From an uncultured delta proteobacterium (GTDB lineage: Bacteria > Desulfobacterota > RBG-13-43-22), in the NCBI GenBank assembly GCA_963743305.1, contig CAVUPH010000013.1:96001-160000 (forward strand): a stretch of 64,000 bases of DNA, given 5' to 3'. The notes below the pieces were generated by a model that saw only the letters and a program-made list of their open reading frames with translations, ran no database searches and was not told the DNA's origin. Positions 1-11,317 of this stretch are shown piece after piece. The position numbers were made by a program, and so were the translations under genes. How positions within the stretch are numbered: the stretch's first letter is position 1; every line of letters starts with the position of its first letter.

Positions 1-650
1 GCAATGCCTTTTACAAGAAATTTCAACCTAAGGAATTGGAGGCCGTCCAGGTTATGTATCTCCACGCCCATGGGCCTGGCATTTTGCATACCAAAAAACC
101 GGTGCACAAACTGGAGGACCTGAAAGGTATGAAAATCCGCTGCACCGGCACCACCGCCAAGTTAGTGGCCAAATTAGGGGGCATTCCGGTGGCCATGCCC
201 CAGACCGAGACGTATGACGCCCTTCAGAAAGGGGTGGTGGATGGCGTCATGAATCCCTTTGAAGCCTTAAAGGGCTGGAAAATTGCCGAAGTCATTAAAT
301 CGACCACGCTTAATTATGATTCCGCCTATTCCATGGCCTTTTTCGTCGTCATGAACAAACAGAAATGGAATGCCCTGCCCAAGGAGGTCCAGTCGGTAAT
401 TGAAAAGGTTAACGAAGAATGGATCGAAAAAACCGGCAAGGCCTGGGATGACATTGATAAAGGCGGAATGGAATTCACCAAGGCAAAAGGAAACCAGATC
501 ATCCCCCTGCCCCAGCAGGAAGACGAACGATGGGCCAAGATGGCTCAGCCGATCTTTGCCGAAACGGTCCAGGCCGTCAAAGCCAAGGGATTACCGGGTG
601 AGGAGGCCTTGAAGTTCATCCAGGACTTCCTGAAAAAGAACCCTAAATAA
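1..650 (+). CDS. dctP: TRAP transporter substrate-binding protein DctP (5' end outside window)
   Basis: Frame open from position 3; motifs DLKGMKIR, ETYDALQKGVVDG, VMNKQKWNALP; followed by dctQ/dctM. Confidence 0.92.
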   Translation, partial: NAFYKKFQPKELEAVQVMYLHAHGPGILHTKKPVHKLEDLKGMKIRCTGTTAKLVAKLGGIPVAMPQTETYDALQKGVVDGVMNPFEALKGWKIAEVIKSTTLNYDSAYSMAFFVVMNKQKWNALPKEVQSVIEKVNEEWIEKTGKAWDDIDKGGMEFTKAKGNQIIPLPQQEDERWAKMAQPIFAETVQAVKAKGLPGEEALKFIQDFLKKNPK

Positions 651-709
651 TTGTTCACCTCTCCTTCCCTCCCCCGCAAGGGGGAGGTGGTCGTCTTGAG
701 GAGTCCTGC

Positions 710-1186
710 ATGAAAATGATCGTTTCCATTATTAACGGCCTTTCCCGTTTTATGTACTGGATTGCCGGGGCCTCCCTGGCGGGGATTGTGTTCCTGACCG
801 TGGCCGATGTTATTTTGAGGCTTTTTGACCATCCAATACTCGGGTCCTATGATATTGTGTCCATATTAGGGGCCGTCGTCATCGGGTTTGCCATTCCCCA
901 GACCTCCTTGGAGAGAGGACACGTATTGATGGAATTTTTGATTGAAAAGCTTCCCTTCGGGGGGCAAAAGGTGTTTCATTTCCTGACCAGACTATTGGCC
1001 ATCGGCACCTTTCTTATTATTGGCTGGAACCTCATATCCTACGGAAATGATTTAAGACAAACCGGAGAGGTTTCCATGACGCTGAGATGGCCTGAATATC
1101 CCATTGCCTACGGTATCGGGCTCTGTTGTTTCATCGAATGTCTGGTCCTGGCTTCCAATATGGTTTTTAAAAAGGAGGGGGAATGA
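710..1186 (+). CDS. dctQ: TRAP transporter small permease DctQ
   Basis: 158 aa, about 4 TM segments, ADVILR and GHV motifs, between dctP and dctM. Confidence 0.9.
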   Translation: MKMIVSIINGLSRFMYWIAGASLAGIVFLTVADVILRLFDHPILGSYDIVSILGAVVIGFAIPQTSLERGHVLMEFLIEKLPFGGQKVFHFLTRLLAIGTFLIIGWNLISYGNDLRQTGEVSMTLRWPEYPIAYGIGLCCFIECLVLASNMVFKKEGE

Positions 1187-2487
1187 TGAGCCTGGAAATG
1201 ATCAGCCTTTTAACTGTGATACTCCTTTTTGTTTTTTTTCTCATGGGCCTGGAGATCGGGTTTTCCATGGCCTTGGCCGGCTTTATCGGTTTTTCCTGGA
1301 TCGTGGGACTCCAACCTGCCTTGAGCCTGATGGCCAGGGATATATACCAGGTCTTTTCTAATTATGGGTTCACGGTCATACCTCTCTTTGTCCTTATGGG
1401 TCAGGTGGGCGCCAGCGGCGGTATTGCCCGCAGTTTGTATGATTCGGGGTATAAATTTATGGGTCATATCCCCGGGGGCCTGGCCATCGGCACCGTTGCC
1501 GCGGCTACGGCCTTCAAGGCCATTTGCGGCTCTTCACCGGCCACGGCGGCCACCTTTGCCACCATTGCCGTGCCGGAAATGGACCGCTACGGCTATGATA
1601 AACGATTGTCCTGCGGGACCGTGGCGACGGTGGGAACCTTAGGGGTGCTTATCCCGCCCAGCGTCACCTTGATTATTTACGGCATCCTGACGGAAACGTC
1701 CATCGGTAAGCTTTTCCTGGCCGGAATCATCCCCGGTTTAATTGTCGCCTTTTCATTTGTCATTACCTTGTACGGCTGGTGCAAGATTAATCCCAAAATG
1801 GGACCGAAGGGGCAAAAATCGACCTGGAAGGAACGGTTCGCCTCTCTTCCACCGGTTCTATTGGTTCTGGTCATTTTTATCGTGGTGGTCGGCGGCCTGA
1901 TGAAGGGATATTTCACGCCCACGGAAGCCGGCAGTGTGGGCACCTTTGCCGTTTTGCTTCTGACCCTGGCCAAGAGGGATATGAATTTAAAAAAGTTTAT
2001 CAAATCCATCAATGACACCCTGCGCATCGGCTGTATGGTCATCACCTTGATCGCCGGGGCCACCATTCTGGGCCATTTTTTCGCCGTGACCCGAACCCCT
2101 TATATGGCGGCTGATTTCCTGGGAAACCTCGACGTTAACCGGAACATCATTATGGTCCTGATCTTTGCGGTCTATCTCATCGGCGGTTCTTTTATTGAAG
2201 ATATGGCCTTTCTGATTCTAGCCACTCCTATATTCCTGCCCCTGGTCTTAAAATTGGGTTACGACCCGGTGTGGTTCGGCGTTATCGTTTGCGTAATCAC
2301 CATGATCGGCATCATTCTACCCCCCATGGCCATCAACGTGTTTGTTGTGGCCGGGATTACGAAAGTGCCTATTAACACGATCTATAAGGGGATTTACCCT
2401 TATATCGTCGGGATGTATATTTGCCTGTTTATCTTTTTGTTCTTCCCTCAAATCTCCCTCTGGCTCCCCGGTTTGTTTTTTAAATGA
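1183..2487 (+). CDS. dctM: TRAP transporter large permease DctM
   Basis: 434 aa polytopic protein; GTLGVLIPPS, FTPTEAG, GYDPVWFGV motifs. Confidence 0.93.
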   Translation: MMSLEMISLLTVILLFVFFLMGLEIGFSMALAGFIGFSWIVGLQPALSLMARDIYQVFSNYGFTVIPLFVLMGQVGASGGIARSLYDSGYKFMGHIPGGLAIGTVAAATAFKAICGSSPATAATFATIAVPEMDRYGYDKRLSCGTVATVGTLGVLIPPSVTLIIYGILTETSIGKLFLAGIIPGLIVAFSFVITLYGWCKINPKMGPKGQKSTWKERFASLPPVLLVLVIFIVVVGGLMKGYFTPTEAGSVGTFAVLLLTLAKRDMNLKKFIKSINDTLRIGCMVITLIAGATILGHFFAVTRTPYMAADFLGNLDVNRNIIMVLIFAVYLIGGSFIEDMAFLILATPIFLPLVLKLGYDPVWFGVIVCVITMIGIILPPMAINVFVVAGITKVPINTIYKGIYPYIVGMYICLFIFLFFPQISLWLPGLFFK

Positions 2488-2706
2488 TTTTGAGTTAATA
2501 TTTGAATAAGGGCCCACCACCAAGGCCAGGCCCTTGGCTGGCGGTGCGGGGGGAGGGATGCGGGCCGCTTTGCTCGGACCTCCAATAAGATGGCCGGCCG
2601 TTGTCTGCGAACCATCAAAAAAATAGAAAACCTCGTTGAACTCGATGGGACGAGGTGATAGAGTTTTTTTAAGAGAAAAAACTATCATCAACGAGGTGAA
2701 AGCATT

Positions 2707-4227
2707 ATGGCACAAGGGGTTCTTTCATTCAAGTATGAAGAGGAGAAGAAAGCGACGGGGATGACGGCGTTGGGGGGATTACCGGTTTATCTGGACTTAG
2801 CCGCGGTCGTGGGGATAGCGGGCAGCATCGAGAGGCACTTACACCTAAAGAAGCAAGGCTGGACGGATACCCAGACGGTACTCTCGTTGCTATTGATGAA
2901 TCTTGCCGGCGGGGATTGTGTAGAGGATTTACGCCGGTTGGAGGGGGATGAAGGATTTTGTCAGGTAGTAAGGCGTATAGAACACCAAGGGCTGAAACGA
3001 CGGGAGCGGCGAGAGGCGGAGCGGCGTTGGCGAAAGGAACGGAGGCGAACCGTGCCTTCCGCCTCTGCAGTTTTTCGATATTTATCATCCTTTCACGATG
3101 CGGAGCAGGAGAAGAAACGGGTGGCGGGGAAGGCGTTCATACCGGTCCAGAATGAGGCCCTAAGGGGATTAGCGAAAGTGAACGGGGACCTGGTTGCTTT
3201 TATGCAGCAGCAGAATCCCCAAAAGGTAGCCACGCTGGATCAGGATGCGACCTTGGTGGAGACGGCGAAGCGGGAGGCTTTATATGGGTACAAAGGATAC
3301 AAGGCCTACCAGCCATTGAACACCTGGTGGGCGGAACAGGAGATGGTCTTACATACGGAGTTTCGGGATGGGAATGTTCCGGCGGGGCATGAGCAGTTAC
3401 GCGTTTTGAAGGAAGCCTTGGCCTTACTACCGGAAGGGGTTGAACAAGTCCGTTTACGTTCCGATACGGCCGGATATCAGCATGAGTTACTCCGATACTG
3501 TGAAGAAGGGGAAGAGGAGCGATTTGGTCGGATCGAGTTTGCGATTGGCTGTGATGTGACCCCGGAGTTTAAGCGGGCGGTTTTGGAAGTAGCGGAACCA
3601 GAATGGAAGGTGATTTACAAGGAGGCGGAAGGGTATCGGATCAAGACGAATCAAGAATGGGCCGAAGTCTGTTTTGTCCCTGGAAAGATAGGTTATAGCA
3701 AGAAGTCTCCGGTGTATCGGTACTTGGCCATCCGGGAGGCAATGGGGTCGATGACGCTACCCGGGATGGCCGTAGTACAGCAGTCATTACCCTTTCCGAC
3801 GATGGAGATCGGCAGGCAAGGGTACAAGCTTTTTGGGGTGGTGACGAATATGGATTGGGAGGGGGGGGCCTTGATTGACTGGCATCGAAAGCGTTGCGGG
3901 AAGTCCGAGGAGGCCCATTCGGTAATGAAGGGAGATTTGGCCGGGGGGCAATTACCTTCTGGTGATTTCGGTGAGAATGCCGCCTGGTTTTGGATCATGA
4001 TTTTGGCCTTGAACCTTAATAGCGCTATGAAGCAGTTGGTCTTAGGGAAGTCCTGGGTATCCAAACGAATGAAGGCGATTCGGTTTTCGTTGATTAACTT
4101 ACCCGGGCGCATTGTTGAACGTTCCCGAGAGTTGATCATTCGGTTGGTGAAGGGGCATCCGGCGTTTGATCTCCTTCTGGAGGCCAGAGGCCGGATCATG
4201 GCCCTTGATCCGGTGCCGTCAGGGTAA
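2707..4227 (+). mobile_element. IS1380-family DDE transposase
   Basis: 506 aa with TLDQDAT, FRDGNVPA, LRSDTAGY and RKRCGKSE..H...K.D motifs typical of IS1380 transposases; inserted between dctM and glgA; probable right end near 4460 (GGTGGTGGATTCAGG); left end unclear (CCACCACC core at 2514-2521). Confidence 0.85.
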
Positions 4228-4537
4228 TGGGGCATAACCATTAACTCGAAAGCATTCGCTGGGCTCAAATGGTTGGGGTAATTTTCCAGGAAAGGGAGGC
4301 GGTGCGCCCATCTCGAGCCCACCGAGCTACGGGAGGATGCTTTTCCATAAATAATTGATCAAACAGGGCCTCTTCCGAGGCCACAGGCTTTAACCGGCAT
4401 GAAAAATAGTGTTGAAAAATAGAAAAAGCAACCTGTGAAAAATTAGGTGGTGGATTCAGGCTCTCTTCCTTCCTTGACCCCCCCGGTTCTTTCCAGTAAA
4501 ATACCCAAACAAATTCCAAGATCGAGGCGAGGTGGCT

Positions 4538-6008
4538 ATGAATCCCTTTAAGGTGCTGTTCGTTTCACCGGAAGTCGTTCCTTTTGCCAAAACCGGCGGG
4601 TTGGCCGATGTGGCCGGTTCACTGCCCAAGGCGTTGAAAAAATTAGGCTGCGATGTCCGTCTGGTCATGCCGCTCTACCGCATGGTCCGGCAGGGCAATT
4701 TTCCTCTAAAGAAAACACTGGAGGGAGTCCGGGTCCCGGTGGGTGGACGGGCCATGGAAGTGGATATTTACGAATCGACCCTGGAGGAAGGACTGCCTGT
4801 TTATTTTATTGAACGGGATGAATTTTTCGATCGCGAGTAATCTGTACGGCACTTCTCGAGGGGACTATTTTGACAACGACCAGCGCTTCGTCCTCTTCTG
4901 CCAGGCAACCCTGGCCCTGGCTCCCCGGATCTCCTTTCAACCGGATGTCTTTCATGGCCACGACTGGCAGACGGGTTTGATTCCGGCCTATTTGCACTTC
5001 CTTCGGACCCGGGACCCCTTTTGGGCCAACACGGCCAGTATTTTCACCATCCACAATATCGCCTATCAGGGGATATTTGATCCAGACATCATCCCTCTGG
5101 CCGGCCTGCCTTGGGAGACCTACAACCCTTCCGGGCTGGAATTTTGGGGATCGGTCAACCTCTTGAAGTCCGGGATCGTCTACAGCCAGATCATCAATAC
5201 CGTGAGCCGGCAATACGGTGAGGAAATCCAAACCGAAGAATACGGATACGGTTTGGAGGGGATTCTCTCGTACCGTCGGAATGACCTTTTCGGCATCATC
5301 AATGGCGTTGATTATGAGTCCTGGAACCCCCAAACAGACCCCTTAATCGCCGCCGCTTTTGGGGCAGACGACCTTTCGGGAAAAAGGGCCTGCAAGGTCG
5401 ATCTGCTGAAGCAATTCAACCTTTCGGAGGAACGGCAGGTCTATCCGCTCTTGGGGGTTATCTCCCGCCTGGCCGACCAGAAAGGGTTTGACCTGCTGGC
5501 CGCAGTCATGGACCGGCTGATCGAGAAAGAGGTAACCCTGGTGGTTCTGGGAACAGGTGAGGAGAAATACCATCAACTCTTTTCCGAGCTGGCGGCGAAG
5601 GTCCCCCAAAAAATCGGCCTGCGATTGGCTTATGATAACACCCTGGCTCACAAAATTGAGGCCGGGAGCGATATGTTCCTCATGCCTTCCCGTTACGAAC
5701 CCTGTGGGTTGAATCAGATATACAGCCTGAAATACGGAACGATTCCCATTGTGCGGGCTACCGGCGGCCTGGACGATACCATCCAGCCTTTCAAATCCCT
5801 GGATCAGTCGGGTACCGGGTTTAAATTCCAGGAATACCAGGCCGAGGCCTTCTGGCAGTCTCTGGAGGAGGCCTTAGAAACCTATGAAATTCCCCATCTC
5901 TGGCGGGCGCTGATGCGCAATGCCATGTCCCAGGACTTTTCCTGGGAGAATTCCGCCCGCGAGTACCTGGGCCTGTATCAAAGGGCCCGGGATCGTCTTA
6001 GCGCTTGA
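4538..6008 (+). CDS. glgA: Glycogen synthase (one +1 frameshift near 4838, probably a sequencing error)
   Basis: N-part has [11 protein letters not shown]; C-part has [30 protein letters not shown]; removing one A from GAGTAATCTG restores DREYLYG. Confidence 0.92.
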
Positions 6009-6049
6009 GAAAATCGGCAGGGAGGTTCGACCTGAGCGATTCGACTGAT

Positions 6050-6088
6050 CCTTTTCGGCAAGCTCAAGGCCCTGAGCCTGTCGAAGGG
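6050..6088. repeat. Short palindromic REP-like element (CCCTTCGACAGGCTCAGG type)
   Basis: CCTTTTCGGCAAGCTCA...TGAGCCTGTCGAAGGG imperfect inverted repeat; related element at 63953-64000. Confidence 0.6.
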
Positions 6089-6131
6089 CTCGGGTCGCCG
6101 GCCGATACAAAAACGAGGCTCTAAAATCCAA

Positions 6132-6671
6132 ATGGTCATAACCAGCATGGTTCGATTTTTGAAGATAGTTCTCCGCTCGCGGCTGTGGACGGGAACTTTG
6201 ACGCTGATCCTGGTTTACGGCCTGGGTGCCGGCCTTTCCACGGCCGGGCCACCCGATAGGGAGTGGGAAAGCGGGTCGGATAAGTTGAACTTGACTGACG
6301 ATCAGGCGCAAACTCTTCAGGAACTTGGGAACAGGTTTCGTCAGGAAATGATTCAGGTCCGGAAAAAAATGGCGAGTAAGCGGTTGGAACTGCGGACCTT
6401 GAGTGAAGAAGAATTTCAAGGCCCTCGAGGGGAAGAAATTCGAAAAGAACTCCAGACCCTTTTCCTGAACGGCCGGGAAAGGGCTTTGGTGTATCAATCG
6501 GAGGCCCTGAAGATTCTGCGGGCGGACCAGAAAGAGAAACTTCCTCCCGGAAGCGACCTGGGTTTTCGCTGCCATTGGGGTTTTTTCATGGGGGGAGGCT
6601 TCGGCAGGGATTTCCATAGAAACCGAAACCATCCTGGTCTTCCGTCGGGGAACCCCCCCAGCCGACCCTGA
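6132..6671 (+). CDS. Periplasmic Spy/CpxP/ZraP-like helical protein
   Basis: Signal peptide, LNLTDDQ motif, helical body, Gly-rich tail; directly upstream of a sensor kinase. Confidence 0.7.
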   Translation: MVITSMVRFLKIVLRSRLWTGTLTLILVYGLGAGLSTAGPPDREWESGSDKLNLTDDQAQTLQELGNRFRQEMIQVRKKMASKRLELRTLSEEEFQGPRGEEIRKELQTLFLNGRERALVYQSEALKILRADQKEKLPPGSDLGFRCHWGFFMGGGFGRDFHRNRNHPGLPSGNPPSRP

Positions 6672-6735
6672 ATTGAGAATCAGATATTTTAGGGTAGGAA
6701 GCCTTCCCGTTAATCCTTAGAACAGACTCCGGGCC

Positions 6736-8478
6736 ATGAATCAACGACCTTTTCATTATGCCTACTATTTGCTTCCGGTCCTGGCGGTTCTGATCCTGTT
6801 GCTGTTGATCAACGGATATTTTGAAATTCAGCGAACCCGAGCCCAGTTGTTCGACCTCCTGGAGACGGAAGGACAACTGCTCATCCGGGGGATTGACACC
6901 AATGCCACCAATCTGATCAAACGTTTTCTGGACGCCGGCCGCCAGTCGCCGGTCACGAATCTTCGGGAGACCCTGGAAACGGAACCGTTGCTCGGGCTGG
7001 AGGATATCCTCATCGAGCGACTGGTCGACCTGGGCCTGCGGTTGGATCAGGAAGCGGCGAAGAAATCCGGAGATTCCGGATATCAGAGCGGGTTGATAGC
7101 CAAGACCGGATTGGCGCATATCGAATTTATCGCCCCGCCCCGGGAAGACCGGTCCTTGATGCCGCGTTACCGGGAGTTCTTGAAAAATCCATCTTTTCAG
7201 AAGCTGTTAAACGGCCAATCCCGGCTTTTTCTTTCTCGAGAAGAGCCGGGAAAGGAGAGTCCTTTTCCCCTGACGCTGGCCCTGGCCCGGCGTTTTGACC
7301 GAGGCTTTATTCTGATCCGTATCTCCCCGGAGGAATACCGCTTCCTGGGGGAGCAGATCATTATCCAGGGATTGATCAATGAATTTTTCGGGAAAGGAAA
7401 TCTGGCTTACCTGGAAATCCTGGATTCCCGAAAACGGGTTTTGGGAGAAGCAGGGAACGGGTCAGCGTCCAACCCGCCAACGGTTGAATGGAAAAAACCC
7501 TGGCCGGGGAAAGAAGCCCCTTTGGCTTGGATAAAAAGATCCGATGGTGAATTTTTAGAACTGTCCCGGGCCTTCGCCCCGGACGGACGGTCTCCGGGTT
7601 CTATCCGGCTGGGTCTATCCCTCAAGGGAATCACTCCCATCCTCTATCAATCCCAGAATCGTATTCTCCTCATGACCGCCGTGCTTTTGGCCTTGGGCAT
7701 AGTCAGTTTTATTATCATTTTTCAAATCCAAAATCGCCATTTCAGCAAAATAAAGGAACTGGAGGAGCGGATGCGACTTCAGGATGAACTGTCGGCCATG
7801 GGCCAACTGGCGGCCGGTGTGGCCCATGAGATCAAAAACCCCCTGAACGCCATCGGCCTGGTTGTGCAACGTCTTCAAAAAGAGTTCCGCTGGGTGGACC
7901 CTCAAGCGCAGCAGGAATACGAGCGGTTTACCGGAATCGTCCGGGACGAGATCAGCCGGGTCAATAAAATCATTGAACAGTTTCTATTTGTGGCCCGGCC
8001 TTTCCAGTCGGAATTCAAAGAGCAGGCAGTAGATGAAATTTTGGATTACGTCTTGAGTCTGCTGGAGGAGACCATAAAAGGCAGCGGGATAGCCCTGGAG
8101 AAAAATTGGGAAAAGAATCTTCCGCCCGTGCTGGGGGATCGCTCCCAGTTGACTCAGGCCTTCCTGAACCTGCTCAATAACGCGCTGGAAGCGATGCCCC
8201 GTGGCGGTCGATTGAAGGTGGTCTCAAAATCAATCCCGGGATCAAAATCCATCGAATTGCGGATCGAGGACAGCGGGTCCGGGATTCCCCCGGAAGATCT
8301 GAAAAAGGTCTTTGCCCACTATTTTACCACCAAGGAAAAGGGGATTGGCTTGGGTCTGGCCATCACCCAAAAGATCATCCAGGGACATAAAGGCCGCCTG
8401 GAAGTACGCAGCCTCCCGGGACAGGGGACGACGGTCAGGATTCGCCTCCCGGTAATGGAGAAGAAAATGAATGCCTAA
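6736..8478 (+). CDS. Membrane sensor histidine kinase (ZraS/NtrB-like)
   Basis: Two TM segments; H-box GVAHEIKNPL; NLLNNALEAM, DSGSGI, FTTKEKGIGLGL boxes. Confidence 0.92.
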   Translation: MNQRPFHYAYYLLPVLAVLILLLLINGYFEIQRTRAQLFDLLETEGQLLIRGIDTNATNLIKRFLDAGRQSPVTNLRETLETEPLLGLEDILIERLVDLGLRLDQEAAKKSGDSGYQSGLIAKTGLAHIEFIAPPREDRSLMPRYREFLKNPSFQKLLNGQSRLFLSREEPGKESPFPLTLALARRFDRGFILIRISPEEYRFLGEQIIIQGLINEFFGKGNLAYLEILDSRKRVLGEAGNGSASNPPTVEWKKPWPGKEAPLAWIKRSDGEFLELSRAFAPDGRSPGSIRLGLSLKGITPILYQSQNRILLMTAVLLALGIVSFIIIFQIQNRHFSKIKELEERMRLQDELSAMGQLAAGVAHEIKNPLNAIGLVVQRLQKEFRWVDPQAQQEYERFTGIVRDEISRVNKIIEQFLFVARPFQSEFKEQAVDEILDYVLSLLEETIKGSGIALEKNWEKNLPPVLGDRSQLTQAFLNLLNNALEAMPRGGRLKVVSKSIPGSKSIELRIEDSGSGIPPEDLKKVFAHYFTTKEKGIGLGLAITQKIIQGHKGRLEVRSLPGQGTTVRIRLPVMEKKMNA

Positions 8479-8704
8479 TTTTTTCTGTTGACAATTGGAC
8501 TAGATATGCTGTTTATTGAATAGCATTCGTAATTCGCTGTGACTTTATATAAAGTTCTCCACCTAATCTGAACTGACCAAGGATCTGGAAATGACGTGGG
8601 AGTATCGCCAGGTTCCGGCAGGAAGCCTCCGGGGGGTCAAACCCATTGGTAGGCTTTTTTTATTTAGGCTATCCAAAAATTTTCCAAGTTAGGGAGGCGC
8701 CAGG

Positions 8705-9277
8705 ATGCTGCTAAAAAGGTTTGCCCTTCGCATGTTGGGCGTGGTTTTCTTCATTTTGATCAGTATGCACTGTTCATTGATTTACTCGGCCGAGACCCTT
8801 CCCCCGGGAAGTAAAATTCCGGATTTTGAATTAAAAGGTCCTGCCTCACCCCAAACAAAGGCCTATCTAGAGGTTAGTGATGAAAAGCTATTTTCTTTAT
8901 CGCAGATTAAGACGAAAGTCGTTTTGATCGAATTTTTCGACGTATTCTGACCCGTGTGTCAAAAAAACGCGCCTGTGGTCAACAGGGTCTATAATTTATT
9001 TAAGGAAGACAAAAAGTTGAGTAAAGATTTCAAAATGATCGGCATTGCCATCGGAAATCAGCCCGAAGACGTGTCCTCTTATAAAAAGGCTTTTAAAATA
9101 GACTTTCCCTTGTATGTCGACCCCAAGAAAGAAATCGCCAAAAAGGCAAAAGTGCCAGCCGTCCCCCTTACCATTTTGGTGGACAAGAACGGTAAAGTCC
9201 TCATGAGTCACTCCGGTCCCATAGGGAACTTTGATGCTTACCTAATGGAGATCAAAAAAAAGTTACAGGCGCAATAG
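8705..9277 (+). CDS. TlpA/peroxiredoxin-like thioredoxin-fold selenoprotein (UxxC)
   Basis: ORFs 8705-8950 and 8954-9277 are in frame across TGA 8948-8950, giving EFFDVF-U-PVCQ, the CxxC site of TlpA-like proteins; hairpin CCTGT-GGTCA-ACAGG at 8972-8986; N-terminal signal peptide. Confidence 0.85.
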
Positions 9278-9483
9278 CCTGACCCGGGGGGGTAATACGA
9301 AAATAGAACCGGGTACCGCAAAGCCTTTATTAAAAATTAATAAGGAACAAGTGATTATTAATTATTAATGTCAATCAGTTAGGCTTATGTCTCGCTCCTT
9401 TATTTTCATGCTTCGCGGGTACCTCTCGGGGCCTGGGGGGTGGTTAAGATTTCCAATCCGTTTAGTTTGATTGCGAGGTTATA

Positions 9484-10407
9484 ATGCCCGTAAATGAAGA
9501 CGCGGCGGAAGTCCTGGCCCAAAGCCCGGTTTTTAAAGAGTTGCCCCAGAATGCGCTGGAGGCCATCGCCGGGGCGGTAGATGCTCTGGTGGTGCCCCAC
9601 AACTCGATTATCCTCAGACAGGGCGATCCCGCTGATTGCCTCTACATCATCCGCTCCGGGTCCGTAAGGATCTTCAGGAGAAACCCAGAGGGGTTGAATT
9701 TAGACATTTCCATCAAGGGGCAAGGGGAGACCTTTGGGGAAATAGCGCTCCTGACCGGAGAACCCAGGTCAGCCGACGTGGAGACGTTGGAAGAGACCCA
9801 CCTGATGGTTCTCTCCAAAGATCAACTGGATCGAATCATGAGCGAATTTCCCGACATCTCCAAAATGTTCGTCAGACAGATGCGGAGTTGGCTGATCAGC
9901 GATGAAAAGCGTCTTGAGATCCAGGCCCAAGAAGTACGCAAGTCTTGGCGGATTACCTGGTTTGATTTTCTTCTGATTATGGTCGTCAGCGTTATCCTGG
10001 CCACGATTTTCAACTACTCCAATCCTAACGGAATCCCTCTTTTCCCCGAATATCCCGACAGAAACGCTTTCCCGACAATAAGTCCTGCGGCGGCCTGGGA
10101 AGAATTCCGCAGCCGTCAATCGCTATTTTTAGATGCCCGACCCGCCAATTTTTATCAAGAGCGCCACATTAAAGGGGCGGTCAATTTTCCTTTGGCACTT
10201 TTCGATATCCTTTACCTGATGACCTTCGCCAAAGAAGACAAGGAAAGGAAAATTATTGTCTATGGAGGAACGGTCAGCAAACTCTATGACTTGGAGTTGG
10301 CCGGGAAGCTGATCCTCCGAGGCTACGAGAAAGTCAGGGTCCTGGAAGGGGGGCTGGCGGCCTGGGAGGAAAAAGGATTTCCCCTGGAAGAAAAGGAGAA
10401 GGAATGA
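9484..10407 (+). CDS. Cyclic-nucleotide-binding domain, TM helix and rhodanese-like domain protein
   Basis: GETFGEIALL and PRSADV (cNMP); FLDARP..Y..HIKGA and LEGGLAAW (rhodanese). Confidence 0.85.
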   Translation: MPVNEDAAEVLAQSPVFKELPQNALEAIAGAVDALVVPHNSIILRQGDPADCLYIIRSGSVRIFRRNPEGLNLDISIKGQGETFGEIALLTGEPRSADVETLEETHLMVLSKDQLDRIMSEFPDISKMFVRQMRSWLISDEKRLEIQAQEVRKSWRITWFDFLLIMVVSVILATIFNYSNPNGIPLFPEYPDRNAFPTISPAAAWEEFRSRQSLFLDARPANFYQERHIKGAVNFPLALFDILYLMTFAKEDKERKIIVYGGTVSKLYDLELAGKLILRGYEKVRVLEGGLAAWEEKGFPLEEKEKE

Positions 10408-10907
10408 TCGGGCCGCACCTCCGGGGAATATTGACGAGCAAATATTTGGCTTTCGCGCTCCGGTTGTGCGTGGGAGGATTTTTCCTCTACGCCAGCATGA
10501 GCAAGATCGTTTATCCGGCTCAGTTTGCGGAGGCAACGGCTGATTACCGACTTTTGCCCTATTGGCTGCTTAACCCGGTGGCGGTGATTTTGCCGTGGGT
10601 GGAGTTTGTCTGCGGGCTGTTTCTGGTCATCGGATTCACCTCGAGGGCTTCCGTCGTCCTTATAGGACTATTGCTGGTGATGTTCAATATGATGGTACTG
10701 ATCAACATGTACTGGGGGGCCTCCATCAGTTGCGGGTGTTACGATACTGTCGGTGAGCCCATCGGCTGGAAGAAAATCGCTGAAAACATCCTGTTGCTGA
10801 TTTTTACCATCCACATCTACTATTTTGATCGACTCTTGCTGTTTCGCCGGGGAGGCCGGACTGATCCGGCAAAAATCATGGTCCCTTCTCCTAATACTTC
10901 ACGATAG
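10404..10907 (+). CDS. MauE/DoxX family redox-associated membrane protein
   Basis: LPWVE, ISCGCY motif, about 4 TM segments; overlaps upstream stop. Confidence 0.85.
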   Translation: MIGPHLRGILTSKYLAFALRLCVGGFFLYASMSKIVYPAQFAEATADYRLLPYWLLNPVAVILPWVEFVCGLFLVIGFTSRASVVLIGLLLVMFNMMVLINMYWGASISCGCYDTVGEPIGWKKIAENILLLIFTIHIYYFDRLLLFRRGGRTDPAKIMVPSPNTSR

Positions 10908-10916
10908 GGGTCTCCC

Positions 10917-11261
10917 ATGGGTGTAACTCCAAAATCCATTTTTCATTACCGGTTGCCGACTCTTTTTCTGCTATTGATCCTCGTATCCGCCTGCGGCTCG
11001 AAAAACGAAGTCGCCGGAAATTACCAGGCCTCGGGAAAAGACTTCCCCGGAGAGGCCACGACCGTCCTGGAGCTCAAGGCCAATGGAGAAGGCGCCTGGA
11101 AATCAGGCGGTGAAGAAATACCCTTCTCCTGGTACCTTAAGGGCGCTGAGCTTAGAATTAACACCAAAGGGGGCGGAGTCATCGTCGGCGACATCGAAAG
11201 GGATACGATTCGCCTAACCCTTCCCGGCAGTAAGCAGTTAACTTTTCGGAAAATCAGGTAA
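10917..11261 (+). CDS. Hypothetical lipoprotein
   Basis: Lipobox VSAC followed by a small beta-rich domain. Confidence 0.7.
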   Translation: MGVTPKSIFHYRLPTLFLLLILVSACGSKNEVAGNYQASGKDFPGEATTVLELKANGEGAWKSGGEEIPFSWYLKGAELRINTKGGGVIVGDIERDTIRLTLPGSKQLTFRKIR

Positions 11262-11317
11262 CCAAGGCTTTATCCGATTGCTGAAGGCCTGAAATTCGGC
11301 TTTACCGGCAGAGAAAC

